A stretch of DNA of 64,000 nt, from NCBI GenBank assembly GCA_964016885.1, contig OZ024741.1, positions 299,894,001 through 299,958,000 on the forward strand, given 5' to 3'. Both the position numbers and the translations under genes were made by a program. Source of the DNA: Eledone cirrhosa. Taxonomy: Eukaryota. This document shows, piece after piece, positions 1 through 13,899 of this stretch; positions within the stretch are counted from its first letter, which is position 1, and every line of letters starts with the position of its first letter. The notes under the pieces are model-generated. The model searched no databases, was not told the DNA's origin, and saw only the letters and a program-made list of their open reading frames with translations.

Positions 1-165
1 GCCTATTACTTCGCTTTTGTGTGTCTTGGGGATACCGTAGAAGAGGCTGGTTCTGCTTTTGAAATTGGTGATGTAGTTGTATTCCTTGTCTGTAAGGCCT
101 TCTTTGTAAAGGGTTGTTAGGGATTTTATGGTTCTCATTATTTTCTGTTGTGTGTAGTATTGGGC
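1..165 (-). mobile_element. Penelope-like element RT N-terminal fragment (runs off window edge)
   Basis: Manual minus-strand translation gives QKIMRTIKSLTTLYKEGLTDKEYNYITNFKSRTSLFYGIPKTHKSE, containing the PLE RT motif FYGxPKxHK. Confidence 0.65.
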
Positions 166-199
166 CTTTTCAAGACAACCAATCTTGCCTCAAGTGGGA

Positions 200-266
200 C
201 AATTCCCGTCCAGACGCATGCTAGCGTGGGAGATGGACGTTAAACGATGATGATGATGATGATGAT
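200..266 (+). mobile_element. RTE-type LINE 3' end remnant with (GAT)n tail
   Basis: cccgtcc...ggacgttaaacgatgatgatg resembles the 3' terminus of the RTE copy at 21674-21750 (ggacgtaaaatgatgatg). Confidence 0.55.
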
Positions 267-537
267 ATATATATATAGTAATAATAATAAATTTTAATAA
301 ATATATATATATATATATATTCTCAACAAAATGCCCTCTCTAACTTAATTGGATATTGACTAGTAATAGAAACGGCCATCTGTAGCACATTTGTTGAAAT
401 TCGAACCCGGACAGATTTTTCGAATAAAACGTTTTTTTTTCGGATCTCGGAATTTCCTGAGTGTTTATTCTTACAATTAAAAGGCAATTAATGAGAACGA
501 TACGGACTAACATCGACGATTTTGGGGGGTAGTTTAA

Positions 538-882
538 GATTGGCAGTATCGGAAGAGGCTCGGACGCCATGCTTTGCAGCAAAGAGTTACGGCCCTTTAT
601 GGTATGAGTTCAAATCACGCCCAGGTTAACTTTGCCTTTCATCCTTACGTGGTCGATAAAATAAAGTACCAGTAATATACTTGGATAATTTCTGGCCTTG
701 TGACAAAAGTAGAAACAATTATTAAGTGCTATAGCCATGCTTTCTAGCATAGTTACGTCCCTTTACGGTCTGAGTTCAAATCCTCTTGAGGTCAACTTTG
801 CCTTTCCTCCTTACGGCGTCGATAAAATAAAATACCAGCAATGTACTGGGAATTTGCTGGCCTTGGGCCTATAGTAGAAATC
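538..882 (+). mobile_element. Two adjacent copies of a tRNA-derived SINE (about 538-722 and 735-882)
   Basis: B-box-like gagttcaaatc followed by gcctttcatccttacg..gtcgataaaataaagtaccag..ctggccttg; the same unit recurs at 6867, 16885, 50415, 57992, 58742 and 59785. Confidence 0.8.
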
Positions 883-1129
883 ATCATTATTATTATCATT
901 TGAAAGTTCCTTTGAATACTGCTTCATTCCCAGATCTTGCGATGTGTCACGCTGGCACCTGAGGGAAAATGTTGATAATACACACACTTTACAAACAATT
1001 GTCATACGAATGATGCCACATGAGCACAAACAACAGTAAATGCCTTTGCAAGGTTGTAAATTCATATTGCCATTCTTAGAACATGGATAGTACCAGAGAT
1101 GGCTTACTAGGTATCTGGTACAAATAATA

Positions 1130-3890
1130 TCCGGTTCCCTTTTTTATCATTCCAGTGCTCCGACTATCACAGGTAATGTACAATTGAGAAAATGCTACAT
1201 TTTCTGAATTTCAATTACTAGATAGTTATATTTACTGAGCTTTCCATACTCTTTCGATGAAATATTACCATCCGATGGAATACTCATGTCATTTAAGAAA
1301 CATTTTTTCTCTTTATGGTCCTTCACAATTGTATCAGTTCTGTTGGCCGTGATTGTTTGGTAAGTGTTCACAGAGAAATCCCAGAGAATTGTTACGGTCT
1401 CACCATCCTTTTCTGCATCTGGGTAATGGTTGTTCTGCATTGTATTTCTCTAATATTATCCAGTGGATACACTGCCGAACTCTAATATGTCTAATCTTAT
1501 ATTCAATTGGTGCAATTGTGGGAAATCCTGATATTATATAGAGAATTGTTTCAAGATGTACGTCACATATCCTGCATGAATAGGATCGCATCGATCCTAT
1601 TCTTTGCATTCAACTCCGATCTTAAATTTGCTCTTACTCTGCGGTAACATTTCTTCCTTATCCTTTCCCTCATCGTCGAGTGCTTATCCCACTCCTTCAC
1701 AAATACCTAGATATTTATAGATTTCTTCTTGATCAAGTTCTTTTATCACATTCTCACGATCAAAATTAATGTCTAAACTTCTCAGCAGTGAACGAGGTTT
1801 TGGCGCATTTATCTAGTCCAAACACCATTTTAATATCATCACTGAACTGCTTCACGTTGGATGATAGCCCTTGCAATTCCTCATCATTTTTTGCAAATAG
1901 ATTCATCATCAATGTAGAACAAGTGATTAAGGGTTTTATCATAGACTTTATATCCATGTCTGTTTGATTGAGCACTTTAATTAATGGTATGAGTGCGATG
2001 CAGAATAAAAGTGGTCATAAAGTGTCACACTGAAAAATTCCACAATATTAACTTCTCCGGTTTCTGGTGATTTATTTTCACTGTTCAAAATAAGTGTTGT
2101 TTTCCATGTTTTCATAGTGAATGACAGGGACCTACTGACAACGAAAAATATATTGAAAGTCTCTCAATCCAACTGCGTGGCAAATTATAAAATATTTTTT
2201 TTTGTATTCTATCCAAGCAATTGATAGCATTTTGTGTCTTTTATGACAATCTTTCAGAATCATTTTGTTAATCAAAACCTGATCCTTACAGCCATATGAG
2301 CCTCGTTTGCATCCTTCTGCTCATTGGGAAATATATCATTTGCTATCAGGTGATCTTATGTATATTCAGTTAGGATTGATGTTAAGATTTTATAAATTGT
2401 GGTCAAGCAAGTAATCGGTCTGTAGTTTTTCGGATTAATCGTCTCACGACTCCTCGGAAGTAAGAATGTAATGCCGTTAAATAGCCACCCATGGTATCTT
2501 TTCTGGCTCCTTAACTATTTCATTGTAAAGTTGGTCTAATAACTCATGAGACTCTGTGAAGGCATTCACCGAAAATTTGATATTTTTTCTTTCCTTCGGA
2601 ATTTCCCGTTGGTGGATTTTCTAGGAGCTTTTGTTCCTCAAGGTGAAATGTATCTTTAATGGAGCATGTATAATATTAACTTTTTCTTCGGCCCAGATAT
2701 ATTTCCAGAATTTTTGCACTTCTTCCTTGGGCGGTACTGATTTAGCATTGTTGACTTGCCAATTTTTCTGTAGAAGATTTTTTGGTTGTTTTTGAACATA
2801 TTATTTTCCTTATAGAATCTGGAACGTTTTTCACAGTGCCTTATACGAGGCGCTTTGGTCGACACTTTTGGCTTGATTGTTTCTATCGTCATGTCTATGT
2901 CACTTGTTGATTTTGTATTGTATTTTCTTTTCAATTTTTTGAGTTTAGTTTGTTCACATCTTCAACTACTTTGTAGTTTGCTAACAGTTCTATCTCAGAT
3001 CGAAGAAGGTTTATTTGGCAATTGATGTTCTCTTGCCAAGTTGGGTTTTTGTGGGCATTCCTTTGTTTTCTCATTTTCACTCCACATACTGAGGGGTGAC
3101 TTTATCCGATGTATAATAGAGATGATTTTGTTAAGTAATGTTTAGTTTATTTGTGGTGATAATGTCTTTGAGAGTTATGTTAGTCTTGTGTATTATGCCT
3201 TGATTTTGATTGGAGTTCTGGATCTTAGGTAACGTGTCTCGTTCCACCAATTCAGATTATTTCATTTTCATCCATTCGATCATAAGTTCATTGTTCAAGT
3301 GGCGAGTTCATTCGCATTCATTTCTTTACCATTGTTGATCTCACCATTGTTTTCATTTTGAGTTTCATCTTGCCCATGAACTTCTTCCAATTTTTCGATC
3401 CTTCATTAATGTGTTCTGCTGTCAGTGATTCCGCGCCTCCCCTGGGATTTTAGGTCTTACAATTTACCTCGTTTTCACTAACACATGTTTCATTTTTCCT
3501 TCGATGACTTTGCGCTAACTGCTTGATCTGATCAATTTCTATGTTAGTTAGTAATTTCTTCTTAACGATGTTTTTTCGGATATTAGCTGGTTTGTTACTG
3601 TCAATATAATCTGTTTTCAGGATGTTTATTTTTTCCAGTTGACATATATTGTTCTGTATTCGCTCTATTTGATCGGTTGTACATGGCAGTGTCCTCCCTT
3701 CACCATCTTCTCTCGTTGTTATTATTTGACATTGGATTTATTTCGTTGCGTTTTATCCTTAACCGTCAAGGGGTAATTATTTCGAGTTACCACTCCTAGG
3801 CCGAGTGTCAACCAACACTAGAGGGTTGGTCCTGCACATGAGACACGGCTATTACCCGCCGGCCACCAACTCGGTGTTTCTTGGTCACTG
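1130..3890 (-). mobile_element. Degraded, near full-length R4/Dong-type RLE retrotransposon (family A) including putative 5' UTR
   Basis: Colinear with 38374-41912; ORF pieces include ILWDFSVNT..ANRTD..DMSIP (RLE) and LFAKNDEELQGL..FSDDIKMVFGLDKCAK (RT); many frameshifts and a large internal deletion. Confidence 0.85.
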
Positions 3891-4662
3891 TTTTTTTTTA
3901 TTGTTACTATTATAAATGTGCGCCCTGTGTGGCTAATAAAGCAATTATTATTACAATAATATACATGTAGCCATTATTGATGTTGCCTTTACTGTTGGTG
4001 TTGTTATTGGCTATGCTGGTGGTGCTGGGGCTTTTTCCGGAGGGGTGGAGATCTAGCATTCGTAGGATCATGGGTGCCATTGTAGCTGTTAATATTGAGA
4101 TGTTCAAAATTTCATTTCAAACGGGTCACTATGTCAGTCTATTTACTCTTTTTGAAGCTTCTTCCTTTCTAGTTTTGTCTAGTGTTACTGCTACATTCCC
4201 TCTCCTTCTCAGCAAATTTGATGACGTATTTTCTTAAGTTAACAGGTGGTGGGGGAGTAGTGGTAGTGGCAATGATAGAGTGGTGGTGGCAATGGCGGAG
4301 TTGTGGCGGTAGGGATGGTATAGTGGTACTGTAATGATGGAGTTGTTGCTGTTGATTTGTCTCGGCTAAATTTTGTAGCCATTACAATGTGATGTCGTGT
4401 TTGATTTTTTGGGTAGTTATTATTATTATTTGTTTTGTCTGTGTTGTGTTCATTATCTTTTGGTTTGTTACTTATATTTAATATACAGTTTGACAACCTT
4501 CCTTAATGTTTGAATTAAACATTTTGAGGAAACTTGAGATTCAATAATAATTATTATTATTAGGCTGGGATTGGTGGTGGCGGTGGTTGTGGCGGTGGTA
4601 GTGGTGGTGGTAGTGGTGGTGAAATTGCCGTTATTTGACTGTTGTGTTTAGTGTACAACATC

Positions 4663-5065
4663 AAAGAGATTCCAGATGTGATAGACCTCGATGACGGTAT
4701 CTATCTACCTCACTGTAATCGTAGAAGGTAGAAGGCCAAGGTGTGTGGTTTGTAGTGATGGAACCCACCTAAAGGCTTTCTGCCCTCAGGATATGGCTAA
4801 ACAATCCTGCCTACCACACTGGCTCTATCAGCAAAACCAGCAGCAGTAATAGCAGCAGCAATTGTAGCTGCAACGATAACAAGACCAACATCAACACCGC
4901 CCACCGCGCTAGAAGTAGCACCAGGGTCTCTACCATCCACCACGCCACAACCAACACCAATCCTTTGGAGGATATTCCACTCACCTACCTCTCACAACTG
5001 AAGACGGATTGTGACAAGGAGAAGAGGTGGGAAACTGTATGTGTAAAACAAAAAGAAACCAGGAA
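4663..5065 (+). mobile_element. Diverged ORF1 fragment of the Tx1-like element (zinc-knuckle region)
   Basis: Nucleotide match to 32818-33290, e.g. ggtgtgtggtttgtagtgatggaacccacctaaaggctttctgccctcagg vs ggtgtgtcgtttgtggtgaaggaacccacctaagggctttctgtcctcagg. Confidence 0.8.
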
Positions 5066-5503
5066 AGAATAAAAGAGGTGATAAAGAGTCACTCTGAAAA
5101 ATTCCATAAGTAATATTAAGTTCTCCAGCTTCCAGGAATTTTGTTTCACTATTCAAAAGGAGAGTTGTTTTCCATGTTTTCATACTGAATGACAGGAACC
5201 TCCTGACAACTGGAGATATTTGAATATTTCTAAACACTGTTCAATGAAACTGTGTGGCAAACTATCGAATGCTTTTTTCTAACCTACCCAAGCAATTGAT
5301 GGATTTTTGTGTCTATTATGACAATCTTCCAGTATCATTTTGTTAACCAAAAACTGATCCTTACAGCTATATGAGCCTCGTTTGCACCCTTTCTGCTCAT
5401 TGGTAAATATATCATTTGTTATCAGGTGATCATATGTATATTCAGGTCGGACTGATGTTAACATTTCATACATTGTGGTCAAGCAAGTTATCGGACTGTA
5501 ATT
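5066..5503 (-). mobile_element. Dong family A reverse transcriptase fragment
   Basis: ORFs 5279-5482 (EQKGCKRGSYSCKDQFLVNKMILED) and 4992-5237 (GIFQSDSLSPLLF) match 40160-40590. Confidence 0.8.
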
Positions 5504-5517
5504 TATATGAAGCCACT

Positions 5518-5635
5518 GAAATGAATATCAAGCCACTAACTTCAGTCTCAGACATTTAACGCGGATCGGAGGGTTCTTGCTGTTCCCAGCAAGCCTGCCT
5601 TTTGAAGTGTTCCAAAAAGCAGGCCTGGACTAATT
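5518..5635 (-). mobile_element. Dong family B 3' end fragment
   Basis: atgaatatcaagccacta...cggagggttcttgctgttcccagcaagcctgccttttgaag matches 37609-37700. Confidence 0.7.
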
Positions 5636-5699
5636 TTTTTTTTTTCTGAAAGTTGTAAGATCTTTTGTCCACAAGATGGTGTGAGTTAGAGAAAGATGG

Positions 5700-6122
5700 A
5701 AGCGTATTACCTGTATCAAAACGTAAAAAAACATTCCAAATGCTCTGATACTATCATGACCCCTGGATTTATGTCAATTCAGGAAAATCAATGAGGTGAA
5801 TTGCCAAAAATGTAGGTGTGTCAGAAATAACAATCAGAAATGTTGTGCATGAAGACATCAGGTACAAATCTTACGTGATTAGAAGAAGTCAATTCATGTG
5901 AGAAAAAACAAAAGAGAACCGTTTAATCAGACTTAAAAATCTATCAGAAGATGATGTGATATGGTTTTTCTCAGATAAGAAAAACTTTGACCAGGACCAG
6001 AAAACTAACAGACGAAATGAGAGGTGGATATATGCAGACGCTTCTGAGGTTGCAAGAGTAATGCACACAAAATGTGCTGCAAGAGTCATGGTTTTTCGTG
6101 TTGTTAGCAATGAAGAACATGT
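5700..6122 (+). mobile_element. Tc1/mariner (maT/DD37D-like) transposase fragment
   Basis: Translation VSEITIRNVVHEDIRYKSY...WFFSDKKNFDQDQKTNRRNERW...MHTKCAARVMVF covers the end of the HTH and the first catalytic D region. Confidence 0.75.
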
Positions 6123-6161
6123 TTCGACACACGATGTCATATCAAAAACTTCGCAAAACAA

Positions 6162-6219
<58 letters not shown>

Positions 6220-7899
6220 TCGTTACAATATATATTCAGGTGATAACCATTATTCAACAACTGGACCTCATCAGGCGGCTAAAAATTGAACAGAGAAAAA
6301 CAGGAAAACATGATGGTGGAACATAGTTTACCTTGTTGATTGGTTTGTGTGCCCAGATCCAAAGAGTGGTGTTGTTTTCTCAAAGAACTGGTGCCATTAG
6401 AATGCACAAATACAAGCATCCAAATGATATACCTTCCTCTTATTGGGCAGATACTATCTTAATACTCCAATAGCAAGTCTATTGAATTTCTTAGGTGAGT
6501 TGTCCTTGATACATGTCGGCCTGCTAGGGATGTTTGTAAATTTTCTATTTTCCTTTCTTCATGTTTTTTCTTCCTGATCCATCTTAATTTCTTATTGAAA
6601 TGTCTATTGCATTCTTTTTTTTAGCATATTTTGTTTCATGTCGAATGATGCTCATGAGTTCATTTATCGCGTTTGGTGTGGTGAGATTTTGGATTTCCTT
6701 AACATTAAAGCGTTTCTGCTTGTAACAACAACAATAATATGACCCTCCCCAAGTATAACAATATTTGTTTCGACACCCGATTTCATATCGAAAACCTCGC
6801 AAAATAAATTCATCGCCGTCATGGCATTAGTTTGTGCTAAGCTGAAAGGTTATTGAAAGACATTATTTTGCCTTTCATCCTTACGGGGTCGATAAAATAA
6901 AGTACCAGTAATACACAGGGTAATTACTGGCCTTGTGCCTAACGTAGAAACAATTATTTTGATGGTTGGCATTTTATTTGTAAAAATAAAAACACTACAT
7001 CAATATCAATTCATGACCATACCTCTACAAAACGAATGCCCATTTTAATTGTTAATCTATACCACACTACTCTATGTTATCTTACAATAAACCAAACCAT
7101 CTATAATTAGCAACATCGTGGTAACTTGTGTAATATGAGATCAGAGAAGTAATAATTGTTTCTCATTGAAGCTGGAGACCAGCAATTCGATGGATGAAGA
7201 ATGTCGATTATATTGACACCAATACTTGACTGGTGCATTATTCAATCAGCCTGGAAGGGCTAAGTACACTTTGGCGGAATGTGATCTCAAAAGCCGGAAC
7301 ACATACTGTAAATTATTTTTTCAGACGATCTAATCATCCTACATGTACACTATAATACACTTATAATGCACCTTTACTTAAATATTAAAACTCATATTAT
7401 TTCTTTTTTAAATATCTCACAGCAAGAAATCTTGTGTATGATTAATATTGATAATGGGTTTGCTGATATTAACAGTGAACCACAATATCAGGGTGAATAA
7501 TATCAACAGAATAACACATCATCCTTTTGGCAAATAAATGCCTGTTTATATTCCATCTTTGCAACTGTAAAACATTATTTTGAGGATTCTAAAGAAAAGC
7601 ACAACAGCGAAATAATACAAACAAAACAAAAACTGCCAACATAGATTAAAAAACGGAACGAAATACAATTTTATGGATGACTGTCAGTAATGTGGCAATA
7701 CCTTATGGAATGTAAAGAAACAACTAAATGTCTAAACTAGAGGAATAAAACAGAAACTATGTTTACAGGTATAAAAATAAGACAGTGGAAAAAAAATTGA
7801 TTAAGCTAAAACAGGTGATAAAAACTGTCAGAAAGTATCTCCGTCTTCAGAAGGGTGTAGCTGAAGAAAAATATTTAACAAGAAATTCAGTGGAAATCA

Positions 7900-9073
7900 A
7901 CCAGACGTCGACAGTGATGAAAGGAGTGTCAGTAAAAATCAATGTAACTCTTTCTGAAGAATAATATGGAAAAGTAGATGGGACCTGCAAATGGGACCTG
8001 CCCCTTGTATAGGAGCAAATTTTGGAATAGAATAGAAAGAACTAGGAATAAGGTTAATAGAATAAACTCATGGTTTGATAGCAATAAATACCAGAGTATA
8101 ATGTTCATCAATACAACCCCTAGAGATGAATTAGCTTACAAATTTAGAAGGGCTCTAGATAAACTAAAACTAAATATTAAGATAGTAGAAAGACCAGGTA
8201 CCTCCATAAAAACACTTATTAGTAATATATACCCTTTTCAAATACCTCCCTGTATAGATAAGAAATTCATAATCTGTAAACTAAGCCCCATATTAACTGT
8301 AAAACTAGAAACATAGTATATAGCATAAGATGTACTGAAGGACAATGTAAAGATAAGAATATAGTGTACATAGGTGAGACAGCTCGTAGTATAGGAGAAC
8401 GATTAAATGAACACTGGCGAGAGCTTCAAGATAGTAAAGAATCATCTACCAACATGCTAAAATAGAACATAAGGGCAAATTAGAGAACATAGAAATAAAA
8501 ATAAAATCTACACACAGAAAAGACGCAATGTTTAGACAAATCACAGAGGCAATAAACATAAATGAACTTCAACCAAAATTAAATAGAAAACATGAATGGA
8601 ATAGCAACATCACAACTTACAGATAATGACAAAATGAAAACACACGCACATAACAAACAACCAACCAGTAACATGTAAATAAACAAATAAATAAACAAAT
8701 AAAAACACACACAGACACACGGATGTAACACATGCGCAAACTAAGCACACAACACACACAAAATCAAGATGGCGTAGGACAGAACAAAGGAGAGGCACAA
8801 AACAAAGAGAAGAATCCCCAGTAACTGAATATGTCACGGAATGTGTGACGAAAGAACTTTGACAATATATGAACAACCGTCCGGTTGTGGAACCAACCAA
8901 CCAACCCGAAATTTATAAGTTCTTAAATTTATAAATTTAATTTATAATACCTTGAAGTGAAAGCAACTGGTGCGTGTGTTTCTTATTGGCAACATGACCC
9001 TCCAAAATATAACAATATCGGTTTTAACACGCGTTTTCAGATAAAGAATCTTCCTAAACAAATTCAGAAATGA
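7900..9073 (+). mobile_element. Penelope-like element 3' part (thumb, GIY-YIG remnant, terminal repeat); tentatively Neptune-like
   Basis: ORF 7978-8316 (PLYRSKFWNR..FINTTP..EL..IKIVERPG) followed by IVYSIRC..IVYIGETARSIGERLNEH..RQITEA..PKLNRKHEW; the terminal segment matches 18063-18130 and 55191-55260 in reverse orientation. Confidence 0.8.
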
Positions 9074-9074
9074 A

Positions 9075-9114
<40 letters not shown>

Positions 9115-11317
9115 TTATAAACACACACAGAGCTACATATAAAATATCATATACGATTGCACATACATATACATGTCTACGTGTTTAGTGTATTCTAAAT
9201 TCGTATGGAAGAGACTTGTTTCCGAATTACAATCCTGCTCTTTGTCTATATGGAAGAAATTGTGAAGATGAAATTTAATACAATTGTAAAAGATTAGTCA
9301 TATCTGACCTAGATGTATTTTTTCTATCAATATATGCAATCACGTGTACCTTTCTATACATGATAAACACGCTTCGTATGTTTTCATATTGCACAAAATA
9401 TAAACTAAAGAAGGCAATATGAAGGATAACATTAATTATAGGAAGAGTCGGAGCACATATATTGATGACGGAGAAGATATTACGGAAACAAGGTGTGTGA
9501 AGCTAAAGAAATGCTAGGAGAGGAAACGGATTATGAATAGTTACAATAGGAAGAAGCAGACGCTGTAGTAAAAGTTGAAGAAATCTGGAAACAGAGTAAA
9601 GATTAAATAAAAATAAATTAAGAAAATTTGCTAGAAAGAACGTTGTTACTGTGCACCTCCGTCATTTCGAACGAAGAGTATTCCGGAAGAGCTTACGCAT
9701 GAAGTTAATTTACAAACAGATGAGAAAACAAAAAAACACGGCTTCCACTTACGTAATTCGCAGGGAGATTCAGAGATGCACACTGTATTACAAGGCTGCC
9801 CTTCATTTCAGTTACATGTACTACTCATTTTTTCAGTTAAGAGGTTTGGTGAAAGTGTCTTGCTCAAACACATAACACACTGCATGGAATTTAACTCAAG
9901 GTTGTGGACTGCAAAAGGTAACCACTGTATCAGGTGCTCCAGAGTAAGAATGAAACAATATAGTTCTTGGTAAAACCCTGAAGCTTTGCTTATATGCCTT
10001 CACCTTTTAAGGACAATGTGATTTCCACAATTAAAAGAATATTGCCGTCAGACCCGATACAATGATGCTGTTCGATTCACGATAAGATAACCCGAGAGAG
10101 AGCGCAAAGAAATGCATCCAACTGATTGCAAATTGCATCACGTTCTTTCTTACCATCAAATCAGTAAACTATGTCTACCACTCTAGCTTTTTACGTACCA
10201 ACTTCACTTAAACGAACATGCCATATACAAGTTATTCCTCATGTACCCCTCCCCCCCCCATTCACATTATATGCATCACTTCAGGACCCGCACGGACTCT
10301 TTACTTTTTTGTACGTCAAAGCTGGGGAATTCTCGTCACGTTCATGTATATCCTCCAGTGGTCGACGAAAAGAAACCTTATTCTTATCTAAAGTACAGGC
10401 CAGTGACAACCTACTGACTACACCATTAGTAAAATGTGAAATAACAGCACTAAATGATTGTGAGCTATGTATACTGAGATTGCAGTGGAAATAACCTGCA
10501 ATAAGAACAATAACTACAACGAATACGAACCAACGAGAAGTCTACTATGCAGTAACGCAACTAGATAGTCATTTTAACGAAAGTTCGCATCTTACCTTCT
10601 TGAAAAAAGCATATTCGATAATATATTTCTAAGAACACTATTAAAAATCTATGAAATGTTTCTGACTCAAATGCCATTGATGATAAGATCGTTAGATTAC
10701 AGTTAATTAGTAACTAAATAACAATAATGACACCATCTTTACAGTTGTACGATCACCAGCACTAATAAGTTCAGCAATCATTTAAGGCACTATTTGCGCT
10801 GTATTTACTCCAAACAATGGCAAACCATCATCACCAGCACCTGATCTTACCTGCAGAAACATGAGCTGCTGTGATTTGGAAGGATCATTTGTGTTGTCAT
10901 TCGTGTCTTTCAACTACACGTGTCGAGCACAAGTCAATGAGGGAAGACGTCGATGGTCACTCGAGTTCAAATTACCACCAATTCACATAGCACCTTAAGA
11001 AAATGATACAACTGAAAATGTGGTCTTTTTCTTCCAGAAACTGGGACGTGCTTCAGCAGCATATTCTTTCGCTATACATTTAATGCTTTTCTCCGTATTT
11101 ACAATCACGTTACAACAAATATTTGACACGATTTTCAATGTTGCAGATGAAATACCAACACTCTGTTTTATTGCAGATAGAGGTCAACAACTCGACCACG
11201 CTCTCTCGGTCTCCAGCTTACCTAAAATCTTTAATCTATTTAAAACTAAGCTGGGCATTTCATCAAAACACTCGCTGATTTCAGCAGCTAGATTGTTGGT
11301 CACACACACACACTCAG

Positions 11318-11348
<31 letters not shown>

Positions 11349-12394
11349 AATACCCCCCCCCCCCCGCACACACATATGTAACCCCCCCCACACACACAAT
11401 GTAACCTCAAAATACATACAACAACTATCCTCAAAACAGCAAAATCATCGAATGCTGCAAACACAACTCATCCAGCAAAGAAGTAAACAAAAGCATATTA
11501 GTGGAAGAGATTAATTTTCCATATACGTTGCAGAAAGTGATTGCATGGTGGGTATGATGTTGCGAGTTTCATGCGTTGTTGAAATTTACATATATTTTCC
11601 ATCCGCGTACTCGCAAACCCACACTATTTCAAACTGTAGATCCACGGTAAATTCACAAAGGCGCACACATCTACACACATGCTTTCTCTTACACACACAA
11701 CACACACAACATACACACACAGACACACACACACAGACACACACACACGTACACATGCACACAGAAACACTGATTGAAAAGTTTCTATAATATATTCGCT
11801 TACAGGTTAAAGGCTCACAAATTCCTGTATTTACAAACACAAACCACATACGTACATAAATTCATTAATATCCAGATATATACGTACATAGATACACATT
11901 CATACTGTGATATTGTTATACTAAAAGAATCCATTCAGAGGAATTGGTACTTACATTGAATCAATGTAACTACCAATTGTCAGTGAAACTAGAAGAACGA
12001 TCCCATTCGCACAAACGCACGTATACAGAACCATACCTAAGCACAAGAACATATACTGGTTACAAGGTCACTTTTACATATGCAATTACAATCTCAAACA
12101 CACGAACACAATCATATTTACAAATACGACAGACACAGATACACAACCATACCTCACATGCGTCTATAAACAACAGCAATACATATTGCCAGCAACTAAA
12201 CCAACCTTTTCGGCCAAGACATTGCTTAAGCTAATTATTCCCGGAGTGTCTCCATTTAATAGTACATTTCGTAGGTAAAAGCTTATCCTAAATATAACGT
12301 GTTAGTTTCCACACACACACACGCACATATGTATATAATACATATATATATATATATATGTATATATATATGTATTATATACATATATATGCGC

Positions 12395-12474
<80 letters not shown>

Positions 12475-12512
12475 TATACATATATATATATACATATATA
12501 TATTACACACAC

Positions 12513-12553
<41 letters not shown>

Positions 12554-13899
12554 TATTCGGGGATGCTTTGCCGTTTCAATAAAACTGGACTGGTGGGTCC
12601 TCCCCCAAATCAAATTGGTCCTCTATTTTCTATTTTCTGTTTGTGCTAGCAGTAATCCTCTTATCATGTGGAAATGTGGAACTGATTGTCGAATTAACAC
12701 CTCAGGATATCGCCTAGGTCTTGCATTATAATGAAATGATGGAACCGGTCCATCGAAATAAGCATAGTGTTTTAGTATTTTCGTGGAATTATAATAGTAA
12801 AGAAAATTTACGGCCCCGCCTTTTGTTGTGTTTAATGTATATATATATATATATATAGTTGAAAAAGCGGGTAACTTTCTCAATGCAAATCGAAGATTAA
12901 GGGCAAAAAGAAATACGGTCTGATATGAATAATGTGTGCATTTAGGTGGTATTCGGTTGTGTAACCTAACTGCACGTACACACGCGAAAACACCACAAAA
13001 CAACAAAATGTCATTCGCGCCTTTTTTCTGAATTGAAAAGGAACTTTCCTTTTAAATCAATAGAATTTCCTTGAAAATCAATTGATTCCTGACCTATAAA
13101 GCCCACTTTCACATTCGCCATATCACCTACATGAGGCATATACATCAGACGAGAATTTGAGAGAAAATGTACATGTTTTAACTGCCTACAGAATATGAGA
13201 TGAACACTTTTTTTCCAAATATTTGATAAGATTGACATGCCAATCAAAACTTGTCGTATTTAATATAACTTAACTCATTCAATGTAACAAATATTCATTC
13301 TGTCGGATTAAAGAAAATACGAATCTTTAAACATATTCATGTTTTTCGACTTATATATACATATATGTGTGTGTGTGTGCGCGTGTGTGGGTGTGTGGGT
13401 GTGTGTGTGTGCGTATGTGCATGTGTGTGCGTATGTATGTGTATGTCTGTGTGTGTTCGTGTATGTGTTTGCGTGTGTGTGCAAAGATGAAACAGAAATA
13501 ACAAAGCAAATGACAGGGTACAATGAAGATTTATATTAGTTTAAGACTTGATACAGTAGGAAGAGTCTTAATGTATCGGACCAATATATATAACCTTTCA
13601 GTAAATTACAATTTTTATTAGGTAACAAGGCTTTAAATTGGCAGGTTATTAGCGTCACATTTAAAGATACAAAATGTTCGGGAAATGTTTACAAGATTAA
13701 GAGCGGATAACAATACACCAGAGAATTACTTTATTCACAATATACTATCTTATGTAATTGTGTTGTTCACTAAACCGTTTTACACTCCATAATATTTAGC
13801 TATATCATTTACAACTTAGACTAGGATGACACGATTGGTCTTCATATACTAAACAAGTAAACGCATTCACAGGCACAGTCACAAAAAATATATATTGTA

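Noticed and set aside
538-882. tRNA gene or CRISPR-like repeat interpretation of the recurring ~180 bp unit
   Set aside because: No full cloverleaf and no regular repeat-spacer array; dispersed diverged copies fit a SINE.
6118-6810. ~45 bp diverged direct repeat (6118-6162 / 6765-6808) around a possibly coding minus-strand stretch
   Set aside because: Too short and diverged to call as an LTR or TSD; the enclosed sequence is not assignable.
8825-8862. CUGAAUAU-GUCAC/GUGAC-GAAA motif in the PLE terminal region (similar relics at ~15705-15730, ~29335-29420 and ~49143-49255)
   Set aside because: Core nucleotides and/or the cleavage triplet are missing.
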